A stretch of 51,460 nt of DNA, filler included, from Porpidia crustulata (lineage: Eukaryota): the NCBI GenBank assembly GCA_964255105.1. It is 2 parts of 2 records of this genome, joined end to end, with 100 filler letters (N's around TTAATTAATTAA, not from the genome) between each part and the next. Parts side by side here need not be neighbours in the genome. Positions count along the whole stretch, not along the records: positions 1 to 25,711 come from CAXUWE010000049.1; 1 more part is not named here. The stretch is one strand, 5' to 3'. Below the pieces are notes generated by a model. It worked only from the letters and a program-made list of their open reading frames with translations, did not search any database and was not told the origin of the DNA. Shown one piece after another: positions 1 to 14,587 of this stretch; the first letter of the stretch is position 1; the number at the start of each line of letters is the position of its first letter. The translations under genes and the position numbers were made by a program.

Positions 1-55
1 GGTTAGGGTTATATTGACTAATCTTAACTAGCGCGGACCGTTTGGGGGTGGGAAC
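1..55 (+). repeat. Telomere-motif hairpin element, copy A (5' arm cut off by window start)
   Basis: GGTTAGGGTTATATTGACTAATC...GGACCGTTTGGGGGTGGGAAC resembles the loop and 3' arm of copies B-D; GGTTAG can pair with CTAATC. Confidence 0.65.
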
Positions 56-310
56 AAGTAAGCGAAATCAAAGTGGTACTCAGAATAGAGTCATCAAGGC
101 GGTACTACTGCCATGGGCACCATGGCACTTGCGGTACCTATCATGACCACACTACCGCACTTGCTAGGCATCTGACCGTTGAGGGTAAGAGATAATGTGC
201 GTGAAGTAGACCATCGCGAGGATCCCCCGGGGCCTCAACGGGGTACCTCATGTGTCATGGGAGGATAGATCTCTGCAGACAAGTCTTGCCAAAATTGCTC
301 CTTTACCAAC

Positions 311-2404
311 ATGAAAATGACTGCTTACGATACCGAAGAATGGCTCGAAGATTCATCAGGGAGGACGGACTTATGGCATGAAGCGCAAGCTGGTCATGAA
401 GCAGCCGCCAGAGCTATTCTTGATTCCACAGCTAGGAGCGAAGATCTTTTGGATCTGGTTGAACCGGTCCATGGTTGGACGGCATTATTCATTGCTTGCA
501 TTAACGGGCACTTCCCGGTAGCATAAATCCTTCTCGATACAGGGGCCAAGAGCGGACTATGTGATATTTCAGGATGGACGGAGAAAGAACATGCTGTTTT
601 CAACGGTCACTTGAAGGTAGCAGATTTGCTGGCTGCACATGAAGCTGACGACCATCGAAACCCCTCTAACAGTAAAGCTCCGCCGACGCATCTGGTGCAT
701 ACCAAACGGTTATCTCAACGTCGGTCGCAAAGTTTGACGAAGAAACCATCTGATCTAGAACTTTCGAAGGTGACTCAACAATCGGATGCAAAGCGATAGC
801 AGCCAGATACTCCTTACGCTGGGTCCTTCTAATTTGAGGAGCAAAATGAAACCTATCGACTTCACGAATCAATCATTTGATCACGGGCAAAGTGTCAACC
901 ACGGGACTAGAGCTGGTATTATTATTAGATCTGAAGGTGTAAAATTCACTTCAACGTATAGCATCAAATTGCCGATACAGGAAAATATGATTAACAAACC
1001 GCTCAAATTCCACATGGAGGATAGTGATAATGTCGTCTTGGTATTTCAGCTCTTCCGCAGTAACCGTACAGGTGATGGAGGTATTCAGATCTTTGGTACG
1101 GGGATCACTCTTCTGAATTGTCTCCGCCAGGGACTTACGCCGCAGCGGGAGAGTCTTGTAAGAGATTATACTGTTCCCATTCTGGAAAACGGGGCTATGA
1201 CTTACATTGGTTCTGTAACATTCAGTATTCTGATAATTAAACCGTTCCGGCTCCAAAATCCACCTCCAAGAATGTCGCCTGGATTCTGGACGGCTGGTTC
1301 CACTCAAGTTGTGGGCCATCGAGGTTTTGGTGCAAATTCGACAGCACATACGAACCTCCAGATCGGAGAGACCACAATCCAATCATTTCTTACGGCTAGC
1401 AGTCTGGGAGCGTCCTGTGTCGAGTTTGATGTGCAATTGACAAAAGACCATGTTCCAGTCATATTCCATGACTTCCTAGTGATGGAGACTGGTGGAGATA
1501 TGCCCTTGCATACGCTGACTCTCGATCAGTTCATGCATCTAAGTCGATCACAAGCACCTAGGGGTGACCTACAGAGCTCAGCTGAAGTAAGATATCTAGA
1601 AAGGCACCTCGTCAAAGGAGGTACACGTCCAAAGCCACGTTCACACTCGGTAAATATATATGATGACTACCGAAGCCAAGACCTGGCCCAGCGAATGAGA
1701 TATACCGAGGAGGGCATGCAGAATAATATCAAGGGCAACCTCAGGGGCCACTCGGTCCAAGAGCCGCCATCGACCCTGGAACAGCTTCTCACTGAACTAC
1801 TCAAATCTATTCCCTTCAACCTCGAAATAAAGTATCCCATGCTTTGGGAAGCCGAAGACCGCGGCATGGAATTCAATGCCATGGAGCTCAACTTTTTCGT
1901 TGATACAATCCTGACGATGATCTTCCGGCTCTACGATGACCGGAATATCACCCTCTCTTCTTTCAGTCCCGAGATCTGTATCCTTCTGGCATGCAAACAG
2001 CGGACCTTCCCAATCCTGTTCATCAACAAAGCTGGCTCTGTCCCGGCAGGCGATGTTCGGGCCGGTAGCCTACAGGGAGCCACTGAATTTGCAAAAGCGT
2101 GGGATTTGGCTGGGATAGTAATACTTTCAGACCCGTTTGTGATGTGCCCGAGGCTCTCGACGTACGCCAAAGACCAGGGGCTGGTGGTAGGATCTTACGG
2201 GAACATGAATGACGAGCCGGATTGTGCGCTGGTAAGTACGACTCGAGCCTTGCTCAATAGAGTCCGTGCAACCACTAAAGAAGTTTCTAATGCATGACTT
2301 TACAGATACAAGCTGAAGCAGGTCTTGATGCTATCATGACGAACAAAGTTCGCCTAATTTCGGAAACACTCGCAAGAGCAAATTATGAGCATCAAGGAGT
2401 CTGA
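311..2404 (+). pseudogene. GDE1: GDE1-like ankyrin + glycerophosphodiester phosphodiesterase, 5'-truncated and disrupted
   Basis: Ankyrin motifs GWTALFIACINGH and GWTEKEHAVFNGH read through an in-frame TAA at 524-526; frame change near 780-800; GDPD motifs VVGHRG, EFDVQLTKD, FNLEIKYP, SSFSP; intron 2232-2305, last exon 2306-2404; no SPX domain upstream. Confidence 0.75.
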
Positions 2405-3660
2405 CTCGGCGAGTCACTGAAGCGAAAAACAAAGTACACTCATCAGACAGCTGAGAAGAGACATAGAGCCCGCACTTCCAGTTTAGAGAGCTTCATATAA
2501 GGCAAGGATAACTTAGACTTCTCCTAGACTCCCACGGCTTCAGTAAGCTTTTCGGAAGATTTTGATAACAATTATGCTTGGATGCGCATATATAGATGAG
2601 GACTAAAACTAGATCAAGAGTAGACACTTGTGAAGATAAGTTATCAGTAACTGTTTTCGCTAATCTTGACCGAAACCTTGATCACGAGCTTTGTAGATTG
2701 AGGTACCAATAGATCTATACCTATATTACAGGCCTTGCCTGTAGGAATAATACAAATGTAGATCTCGATGTAGCCCCACCCACTACACAAGAGGATGCTG
2801 GCTTCGCAGCCCAGATCGAGGACCGCTGTGTTGATAAGAAGATAGGACACATAGAGGTGACGCATTTTGTTTTTGTTTTGGGTCAGTCCCGTAATGATTC
2901 TCTTCATGGATCTTAGAGTACATCCTTCATTCACCTTAAGTTGAGTCTCTGCTCTCTACACTCGACCAGGAGACTCATAGTAGAACTTGATCAAGCAAAC
3001 GAAGGGGCCCTCCTGCGTGACCTTTGAGCTATTCTCATACTTTTATTTCCTCTACCAACGAAGTGTAAGCAGAATTCTCTACGAATGTAGTCACTTTTAA
3101 GCCGTGGACATTAATCATCGAGTACCATCAAAACAGCGGCGAACTCGAACAAGCACAAAGTAGTATGTCAGAAACACAACGATGAAAATGGCGAAACAAG
3201 TCATCGATACATAGTATCTGAGGACTATTCAGGGCAGAATATCCAAATGCAAGCAGATAGCATTATGAGATCTATAAGCTACACTGTAGTAACACAAATC
3301 CGAGCTGAAGGGGGTTCGCTAGTAGGCTTCCTGTGTCAGAAGCTGGTGCAGCCATACTGCATAAAGGGAAGCTGAAGGGCATGGTCATAAGAAGAGATTT
3401 CATTTCTGTGGTGCTTGAAACTTTTGATACAGTCTTTCTGTCGTCCCCTAGGTCATGGCTTTTTGGTCCTAACCATAGAAAAAGACAATCAAGCTGTTAA
3501 TCCAGTTCGAATACGCAAGGATTGAAAGGGAAATATATCTCCTCATCCTTTGCTTTATGTGACAATGACTGCTCTGATTTCCAGTACACTCAGGAAGCGA
3601 TAGAGAGGAGCCACTGACATCTAACCAGACCATGTAATCCATGCCAAGATGTCAATACCC

Positions 3661-3752
3661 GTTCTCACCCCTCACGGACCATTCAATCTAGGGTTAGGCT
3701 TATATCTGCTAGTCCTGGCGTGCAGTAGGGTGGTCCGATGAGGGGTGAGAGC
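3661..3752 (+). repeat. Telomere-motif hairpin element, copy B
   Basis: 3661-3684 pairs with 3728-3752 (24 bp, one A bulge, 3 G-U); inner CTAGGGTTAG/CTAGTCCTGG 10-bp stem. Confidence 0.85.
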
Positions 3753-3890
3753 AAATATAGATCTAGCTTCTTAGAGTTAGCTCGTCCACAACTACTCTGC
3801 ACTGAGTGACTGGCACTCGAATCTCCATCAGTACCTAAGCACAATCGTAGGATATCGAAACTACCTGATTTACGTATAACTTCTAAAGCC

Positions 3891-4838
3891 ATGGCTCACC
3901 AGACTGTAAACGTCCTTCTCACATCCTTTCCTGGCCTTGGCTTGCCACCTACTCTATCACATCCAGTCGTGGCTTCAACGTCCATTGCAGACCTCATTTC
4001 GCAGCTTACTATCCGCATTCCACGTCTAGAGAACCGTTTCATACTCACAACAACCTCAAACAAGGAGGTCGCTCAGACATCATCAGCATCCATTTCCTCG
4101 CTACTCTCGAGTGAGAGCGACACGTTCCTACCTCTTCGTCTTTCAGTTCCGCTATGTGGTGGCAAGGGTGGTTTCGGTTCGCAATTACGTGCCGCGGGCG
4201 GCCGCATGTCCTCCCGCCGCAAGAAGAACCAAGGCGACGCCAACAGCTCAAATAGAAACCTGGACGGGAGGCGTCTGCGAACCATCGCTGAAGCCAAAGC
4301 GCTGGCGGAATATCTAGCACTAAAGCCAGAAATGGAAAAGAAGGACAAGGAAGCTCGGCGCAAGCGGTGGGAGCAGGTTGTTGAGCTGGCGGAGAAGAGG
4401 GAAGGTGAGGTCCGGAATGGGTCGAAAGGGCGGGTAGATGGCAAGTGGGTGGAGGAAAATGAGGACGCTAGGGAGCGAGCACGAGAGGCCGTTCTAGCCG
4501 CGATGAAGTCGGGAGATCATCAGGATAATTTGAAGCACACGTCAAGCGGTAGTTCCGGCGGTGGTTCTGCTGAGTCGAGCGAAGGAAGTGAGGATGAACA
4601 TATTGAGAAATCCATCCCAGGCTTAGGCACGACAACATCAACACCCAAATCTGCGGCCGCCCCTGCACGTTCTTACTATGGCTTTGAAGATGACGATGAG
4701 TTTATGAGTAGCGAAGATAAAGAGCTATCGGACGAGGATGCTGAAGATGAGGTTCAACAGGAAAGGAATCAGGGGGAAATGGTAGCCGCACTCAAGCCAG
4801 AAATTGCAGGGAAAGGGAAAGGGAAAATCAAGGCATGA
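3891..4838 (+). CDS. SDE2: Sde2 (ubiquitin-fold N-terminus; splicing/telomeric silencing factor)
   Basis: 315 aa ORF with LCGG|KGGFGSQLRAAGGRMSS cleavage signature and NRNLDGRRLRT motif. Confidence 0.93.
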   Translation: MAHQTVNVLLTSFPGLGLPPTLSHPVVASTSIADLISQLTIRIPRLENRFILTTTSNKEVAQTSSASISSLLSSESDTFLPLRLSVPLCGGKGGFGSQLRAAGGRMSSRRKKNQGDANSSNRNLDGRRLRTIAEAKALAEYLALKPEMEKKDKEARRKRWEQVVELAEKREGEVRNGSKGRVDGKWVEENEDARERAREAVLAAMKSGDHQDNLKHTSSGSSGGGSAESSEGSEDEHIEKSIPGLGTTTSTPKSAAAPARSYYGFEDDDEFMSSEDKELSDEDAEDEVQQERNQGEMVAALKPEIAGKGKGKIKA

Positions 4839-4993
4839 TGCGTGGCAATTATTACAGTTAATTTCAGCGAAGGCGTCAAGAGGAGGTCATTGCTAGCCTG
4901 AGTAATCTAGAGGCATGAAATGCCGCGTGGTCTAACTAAATCTAAGGCCTACTGTAGGCTCTAATCATAGTGTGATGCTATCTATGAAGATGG

Positions 4994-7466
<2,473 letters not shown>

Positions 7467-9218
7467 ATTGGATTTTGTTCAGTCTCAAAATTTAGTCATC
7501 TGTAGAGGAAAGATTTGAACTGGCAGATATTCTTCGAAAAGGAAATAATCAGTCGTATTCATCGGACTCAAATAAGGGAAAGAAAATTCCAACTTATTCC
7601 AGATATACAGTTGTAATATTTTGTACTGGAGTAGAAGAGCACCGTAGGCACGTTTCTGACGTCTTAAATTGGTACCGACGCAAGACACATGAGAGGACGT
7701 TGCGGGGTGCCAATTTATGTAGCCTGGGGCCTAGCTTCTAGGTATCTACCTTAAGGTATCTCCGCATTAATATAATTCTTGTTCTGCAGTCCAGCATCTC
7801 AGGAGCAGCTCTCCTTCCCGATACGGACTGACTGTACGACAGCATGAAATATTCATGATAGCCTCATTCTTAGTTAAGCAAAACACGACGCGTTCTTTCC
7901 ATGTACTTAATGGTACACAAGAAATGGGCTATTGGAAAATAAACCAAACTGATACGCATGCTTTGGTGCTCGAAAACCGTTAATCCGGCTATCCATGAGT
8001 ATCATGCATGCGAATTCGCCATTTGTTTCAATGATTGGAATCTTCCTATCTCTACTTTCTCTTAATACTTGACTCACCTTTCTGTTACCATGATTTCCTG
8101 TTAGATATCTCGCGTCGCAACCGCGAATCCGCATATTTTCTACGTGATTCGGGCATGAAATAACTTCATGATAAGATGCATTGTCTTCATGCCAGAAGCC
8201 CACGTCTGCCATGGTTTCCATTGCACTTACTGTGTTCCGTGCAAGAATATTTTCACGTTCCCATGTACGGCTATGCTAATTGTACTCGACCAAAATAGCC
8301 ATCACGGTCAATCTTCGCCAAGACGGATTTTCTATACGTACATCAATTTAGGTCTAGCATCAAGCTTGGGCTTTCTTCACCAAAGAAATCGAGTAGTGGG
8401 ATAGTCGGTGTTGGTATCGAGGGTATTGGCATACGTTCGCTTCTCCCGACGTCTTCAATCCAGAGATATCACGGGTTAGATAGATAGGGGCTAGGACCGA
8501 CCTTTATATTCAGTCGCCAAGACGAAATGTCAATCTGGCTTTGATTTACTCTGTAATGATCCCTTTGCTGTGTCTTTTTACACGATTGCCGACTTGGTTT
8601 GGAGATCATGCGTCCCTCTCTCTTTGCTTCCTCCTTCTGTCCTTTTCTTCTCACTATCAGCGACAATCCGGTCAAAGTAATCGTAGGCACGAAGCTCAGC
8701 AAGCTCATTCACAAGCAGAAGCATCAAAAGCCTTTACTACGGAGTCTGATTTCTTTTTGAGCGATTACGTCTTGATATACAGGTACAGTAGCGGCGACAG
8801 CTTCAGCGGCACCTGCTTTAGACGGGGCCTATCGGGTTTATCTTACCCGCAAATGAGGCGGGAGGAATTGAGAGTTCAAGAGATCAACGGATCTGAGATT
8901 AAGGCGTTCGGATCACGGAATAGTGATTCCAAGCTCTGCTCGGGGAAGGGAGGAGACATCTAGGCTCGAAATAATCAACACCTGTCTGTAACACAGGAGT
9001 CCCAAGAATCTACCATAAGCGGAGCATGGAGTCAGGATTGATCTAGGCATCAAGCGTATCAATATAGTATTTTACCCTTAAACTATCTCTACCGAAGTGT
9101 AGCTCTACAATGTACTATCCTACGTTTGGCGTAATCATGATTCGTCTATGGAATGCACATGTATATCAGGTTACGCATCGTATCCATTTGGTCTTGCCAA
9201 TTGTATGCGCAAGCGGGC

Positions 9219-11437
9219 TTACTTGGATGGCGTGAAGGGACTTTGAACCGATCCATACCTATATGCGGATCTGTCAGCTAGATATCTTCATATCCACGAG
9301 CTCCTCGACAAAAGGGTCTTACCCCTGTGGACACTGCTTTCCCAAAGGCGCGCTCCCACTCCTCATGTAACAAATTTTCGCATCCGCACACGCTTGACTT
9401 GTGCAATTTGGCGTCTTTACACTCATCTTGCCCTGAAAGCCATTGAACTTCGACACCAAACTCAGATCCTTCGACATGGCCTCGGTCACCGCATGCCAAT
9501 ACTTGGCGTTCAACGGTGAAGACTTTGGCCAGCCAATGTTGTACGCATCTCTAGTCGAGTACTCGAATCGGTATGTCGGTCCGCTGGATGTACCATTGAG
9601 TCTGGGAAAGCTATTAACGTCGGAATACCAGGTATAGGCCTCGTAGATTTCGAAAGAGCCAGTGTCCACTTCATACATACGGAAGCCACTGTTGAGATTG
9701 GTGAGTGGTGTGACACTAGGACCAATCCAGCCAGGGGTAAGTGCACTGGCAGAGGTGCGAGCGGTGCCGTTATTCGAGTAATATATCATCACCTCATCTT
9801 CATGAGTGTGACCGAAGAAAATATTGGCAATGACGTGAGGCGAGTATCGATCGACAATCTGATAGAAAAGATCGGTGGGATTATCCAAAGGGTTCGAGCC
9901 GTCCCAGCCGGTCAGGACGTGGCCGATGATCCAGACTCTCTCATGGGCGTCTTCGGCGGCTTGAAGTTCTTGAATGAGGAAATGGAGCATGCCTGAGACA
10001 TCGGGGTTCGTCGTGTTGATATAATTGAGAAAGTTACTTCGGTACCAGAAGTCTGTGTTGAGCGTAATGATACGTAGACCATAATGATTCTGTACAGAGT
10101 AGGCCCCGTAGTGGGTCCTCGCTTGATTCGCAGTGGTAGCGTTGATCCAGCCATCATGCTGCCAAAGGCCTGCAACATGATCGTAATTCCAACTTTGCTG
10201 CTGACCGAGAGGTCCAGGCAGACTATGAGGCGCATCAATCGCTTCAGGATTGCTGTCGTGGTTTCCGAGGGCAGCGAATACCGGTCCACCGATGTACTCT
10301 TTCAACATACCAAATACGCTCGTCTCCGCGTATTCTATGGTAGAAGATATCTAAGCATGTACATATGAAGGGATAAAGATCATTGTAAGAGGAAACATTA
10401 CCTGTGTAGGATCGGGACAGCTGGTTCTGTGAGTCGTGTGAAACAAGGTCTCCGGTGTATATAGTCCACCCAATTTGAGACTTGTCTTTCTGTGTGCCTG
10501 TCAAAGGACCGATTGCTTGCAGAGCAGCCAGCGCCAGATAGTACGGCGTATCACACTTAAAGGAGCCATAGAGTGGTGCAGGCAGAGAAATCTGTCCAGC
10601 TCCCAAACCCAAAGCGTGCACATTCGTCCTGCAACAGAAGCTGGCGGAGCAATTGGCTTCACTGGCGGCGCTGTATCTGGGATCTATGTGGAAGTCCGAT
10701 AGATGGAGAACTTTGATACGCTTCCCGCTGGCCTTTGGCGCAGAAGCGTTGGCTGGCTTTGCCTTAGGAAAAATACCTGTCGCATTGAGAGGCAGCGTAG
10801 TAGGTAGAGGGCAAAAGGTCTTGCTTAGATCATTGCAGATATATCTGCCATCGAGCCCGCTGACGTCCGCAAAGGCTAGAACTTGAGTCCAAATCGCACC
10901 AAAGCTTCCCGCTGCATACTCGTCCACGCATGACGCATTCGAAGCGAAATGATACTTCTGACAAAGGCTGACCATTGCATCAGGAACCTTTGAAGGAGCA
11001 ACCCGAGCAGCAAGCTTTGCAACACTCAACGCAGCTAAACATTTGGAACAATTTCCACTGATCCCACTGTCTCCAATGATCGCAACAATTTCGATAACGA
11101 CACTCTGAATAATCGCCATGGCAGCGGCATCGGAGATATTTGCCACGGGCTTAGGGTAGTAAATCGGGTCATCATCAGTGGTAGGAATGGTCTTGGGGTT
11201 AGTGAGATTGAGGGGGAAAGTGATGTTGAGCACTGGATCGTACAAGGCCGGTTGGGGTTCTTGAGTCGCAAGCGGCGGTATGTAATAGGATGAAAAGGCT
11301 GAAGTAGGAAAGCCTGCGGTAGCGGTGTAGGCCAAAGGGCCTGGAATCGATTCACTTCCCTGCGATTGTACAGCAACGATGAGAGCAGAGAACGACAGCA
11401 GTCTTTCCGATACAAGTGTAAGTTGACTTGAGCGCAT
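9219..11437 (-). CDS. Secreted acid sphingomyelinase-like metallophosphoesterase with saposin-like Cys-rich N-terminus
   Basis: Motifs HLSDFHID, YTGDLVSHD, LGNHD, IIGH, FFGHTH; introns 10335-10401 and 9259-9322; probable start MRSSQL at 11437. Confidence 0.9.
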
Positions 11438-12089
11438 CGTGGGTCCAATCGTAGAAATCTGATGTAGGGGGGTGACCGCAGAAGATTGCAGGGAAAAGAG
11501 AAGCTGCTGCAGCCCAAAGAGAAGCAATGTTGCGCCATGTTACTGCAGCAGGTAGCTTCCTCTTATATAGGTAGGTACTACTGCACACAATGTCACGATA
11601 TGATTTTACTTTCTATAGGATCTTCACGGGGAGGGGTGTTAATCATTCCAGATTGACGTACGGATGAAGGACGTGTCTACTAGGAAAGTGATCTATTCGG
11701 GACCTGTATGTGAACGGCGCATATCAGCCAATCAGACCAGCACGCTGACACGCTTAGCCCAACCATCACCAAGTAGTCTTCTCATCTTTTATACTACTCC
11801 ACGATATGCTTGATTATTGTTGTCTTGGGTTGTTGAGAAAATTCTTTGAAACAGAACCAGAGGATAGTCGACGCATACTCAGAAGCACAGTGACATGGGC
11901 ATCTACCACCATTTGCTATTGCCTGCTGATTCCGCACTACATATCAAAGTTTTGGTTGCCATATCAATACGTCAAGGAACAGAAACCAAATTTATGAACA
12001 CTAAGCTATTCGTCATCCTACGCATTTATTGCGTCCGGGCGATCATCGTGAATTGGTTTTGTAATCCCACACACACACGTGGGACAACG

Positions 12090-13500
12090 TCATTTTTCCG
12101 GATTATCATTAGGGGTTTCAGCAATTCTATCGTCCAGGTCAGCACCAAAAGCAGCTTATCAGGATACAGGACTACATACCTGAAGACCAATTTCTTATTA
12201 CCGCTCTTCCGGTTCATCAGTCGTTGTAGGGCACCTTCAACACCTCGAAGTCCCTCTGGAACAACCTCGAATGGATGGCCTGTCAATCTTTTCTCATGCA
12301 ACAGTCGTCCAAACATCGCGGCCCAAATGAACCCAAAGTCCTTGGCTCCGTGCTCCTTGTCTTCGTGGACGCAGCCTACCCTGAGGACAAATATTAGCCT
12401 GAGAGAGCAAAGGCAGTAATAGAAACGTTACCATATTTGCTTGTACTCAGCAAAGGCTTCCAAATATTTCTTCTGGCCATCCAGTATTCCAGTCGTGCAT
12501 GTGTATTTAGCATCATTCTTCCCTACTGCGCTTGAAATATAAATAGCGCTTTCAATACTAGGGCTCGCGTCAAATACGTGGCGACATATTTTATCAGACA
12601 AGGCCTGACTGAGATCTCCTGAAATAGTTGGGCTTCTATAATCTAGTACCACATCATACCCCACAGATCTCGCGAAGTCCGCGGAAGCCCCGGCAATCCC
12701 GATGATGGGTGATATGGACGGGTTGAGCTTGGCCAGCTTGAGAGCGAAGGCCCCAACAGCGCTGGAGGCCCCATTAATTATCAGTGGAGTGGGCTTCGAC
12801 ACTTTATCCCACGGACAAGGTAGCTGAAGAATACGGAAGAGGCCTACGGCCGCAGTATACGCTATGTCTTTAGATCAGTGAACTATCAACAAAGATAATG
12901 AAACTGATTGAAAGGGTTCCGTTACCTGCGAGAGGTATAGTTGCGGCTTCCTCGAAGCTTAGAGATTCTGGAATAAGGAAGACAGATTGTTTCTGAACAA
13001 CCGCGACTTCTGCATAGCCACCACCTTTCGTGTTCATTTGGTGGAAAGCGGCCACCCGGTCTCCAACAGTGAAACCATTTACATTCTTGCCGACAGCATA
13101 GACAATACCAGCAATGTCATCACCTTGATTGAGCCGGCTGTTCTATGGGACGGAACGAGTATACATATTAGTGGTCTATTGACTGTTCCATATCACCCCG
13201 AGCGACTCACAAAGTAGGCTGGCCCTGGATGTTTCCAATCCTGCGATTGGGTCAGTTGTCGATACAACCAAGTATGTCAGAAAAAGGCCATGGAATTTCT
13301 GACGAGTTACTTTTGGGTTTGCACCAGCCACAACAACTTGGATTAGCAACTGATCGTCGTTGTAGGTCCTGCAAATGAATGAGATACGAAGCCTCGAGGG
13401 TCACAATCTGCAAGAAGATAGAATCTTACGGGTATGGAATATCTTCTATCTCTGCTCGGACCCACGAAGGGGGGTCAGAAGTGACAATGACATTTTTCAT
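12090..13500 (-). CDS. Medium-chain dehydrogenase/reductase, trans-enoyl reductase/TOXD-like, multi-exon
   Basis: Exons encode GANPK-DWKH, FTVGDRVAAFH, LSFEEAATIPLA, IINGASSAVG, KKLVFR; ATG at 13500, stop 12090-12092. Confidence 0.85.
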
Positions 13501-14396
13501 GGTGATGAAGATTGCGGCTCGACGAGGAAGGTTTGAGTACGAGTCAAGTGGGTAAGATGGTGGGAAACTCGCAGCTGAAAGATGAATATGGTATTCGCAT
13601 TATACGGCTTCTTATAGGACATATTCCAAGATATAAGAATGATAGGGATGCTGCTTTGTAAGACTAGGTAATAACGTAGATACCTATAGTGAAGCTGACA
13701 AATGCCGAAGCGTAAAGTGAGGTGGGCTCATCTAACGAAACGCGTTGTTGGGAATATACAAACTAAACAAAGGCCTATGAATTGAGAGGAGGAGATTTAA
13801 ATTCGAGCTTGCCCTGCGCCTGTTCACAAACATCCATTTCCCGGCGAACCTGTATATGACTGCGCGGTCTTAGAGTCAAAATGCTCTATAAACCTGATAG
13901 GTTGACATAATTCGAGTATAGAAGAAGATCGACCATTGCGTTTTCCACTTTTTGAGGTTATATCAGCAGCCTGCAGCTTTGGCAGCAGAAGCAGTAGGCG
14001 TTGATGCAGATGCGTCGTGCTGACTGTGTCGAACGATGGGTCATCATCTCATCGATACCAAATTCCCCTCAAATCTCTGTCTGGAAGTGCATCCCTTCGT
14101 GAGCGCCTCCAAAATTCATGACGAATCAATACATGCAGTAGTGGAGAAGCCACTTCATAGTTGAGAGGTAGAGATAGAAATTCGCGGTTAAAAAAACAAT
14201 TGGGACCTTAAAGCTTTTGAAATTTTGATATCTTATAATCATGACCTATTTAAATTTCAATCACGTCCTTCAAGCACTGTCGATTTTCGAGAGGACGATG
14301 ATAAGTAATTAGATAGAATTTGCATAAATTCCTGATAATAGGAGCATCATAATTGATAGGATTGCATTTTCTTCAACCACGAGCTACCTCTAGCCG

Positions 14397-14470
14397 TACT
14401 CCCAGCGGACTACTCCACATAGGGTTAGGGTTGTATCCACTAGACGGGCGTGGTCCGTTGAGGGGTGAGA
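14397..14470 (+). repeat. Telomere-motif hairpin element, copy C
   Basis: TACTCCCAGCGGACTAC (14397-14413) pairs with GTGGTCCGTTG(A)GGGGTG (14450-14467), 17 bp, 4 G-U; loop contains AGGGTTAGGGTT and CTAG. Confidence 0.85.
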
Positions 14471-14587
14471 AGGAAAATCGCGTGGTTAGTTACAGACAAT
14501 TTGTCCAAGCGAATCGCTTTTGCGTCCTTGGTCGTAAGGTGGCATCCAGCTTTCTGATAGAAAGATTACTGCGACTGCGGTAATCTA

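Noticed and set aside
1..10. GGTTAGGGTT at the window start as a true telomere
   Set aside because: Under two repeat units and the wrong strand for a left chromosome end; matches the internal hairpin family instead
2450..3600. Fragments of protein-like reading frames (e.g. DLDVAPPTTQEDAGFAAQ)
   Set aside because: Short, interrupted, no recognisable family; may be a decayed gene but unsupported
7900..8963. Short ORFs between the GMC and sphingomyelinase genes
   Set aside because: No motifs or coherent splice model
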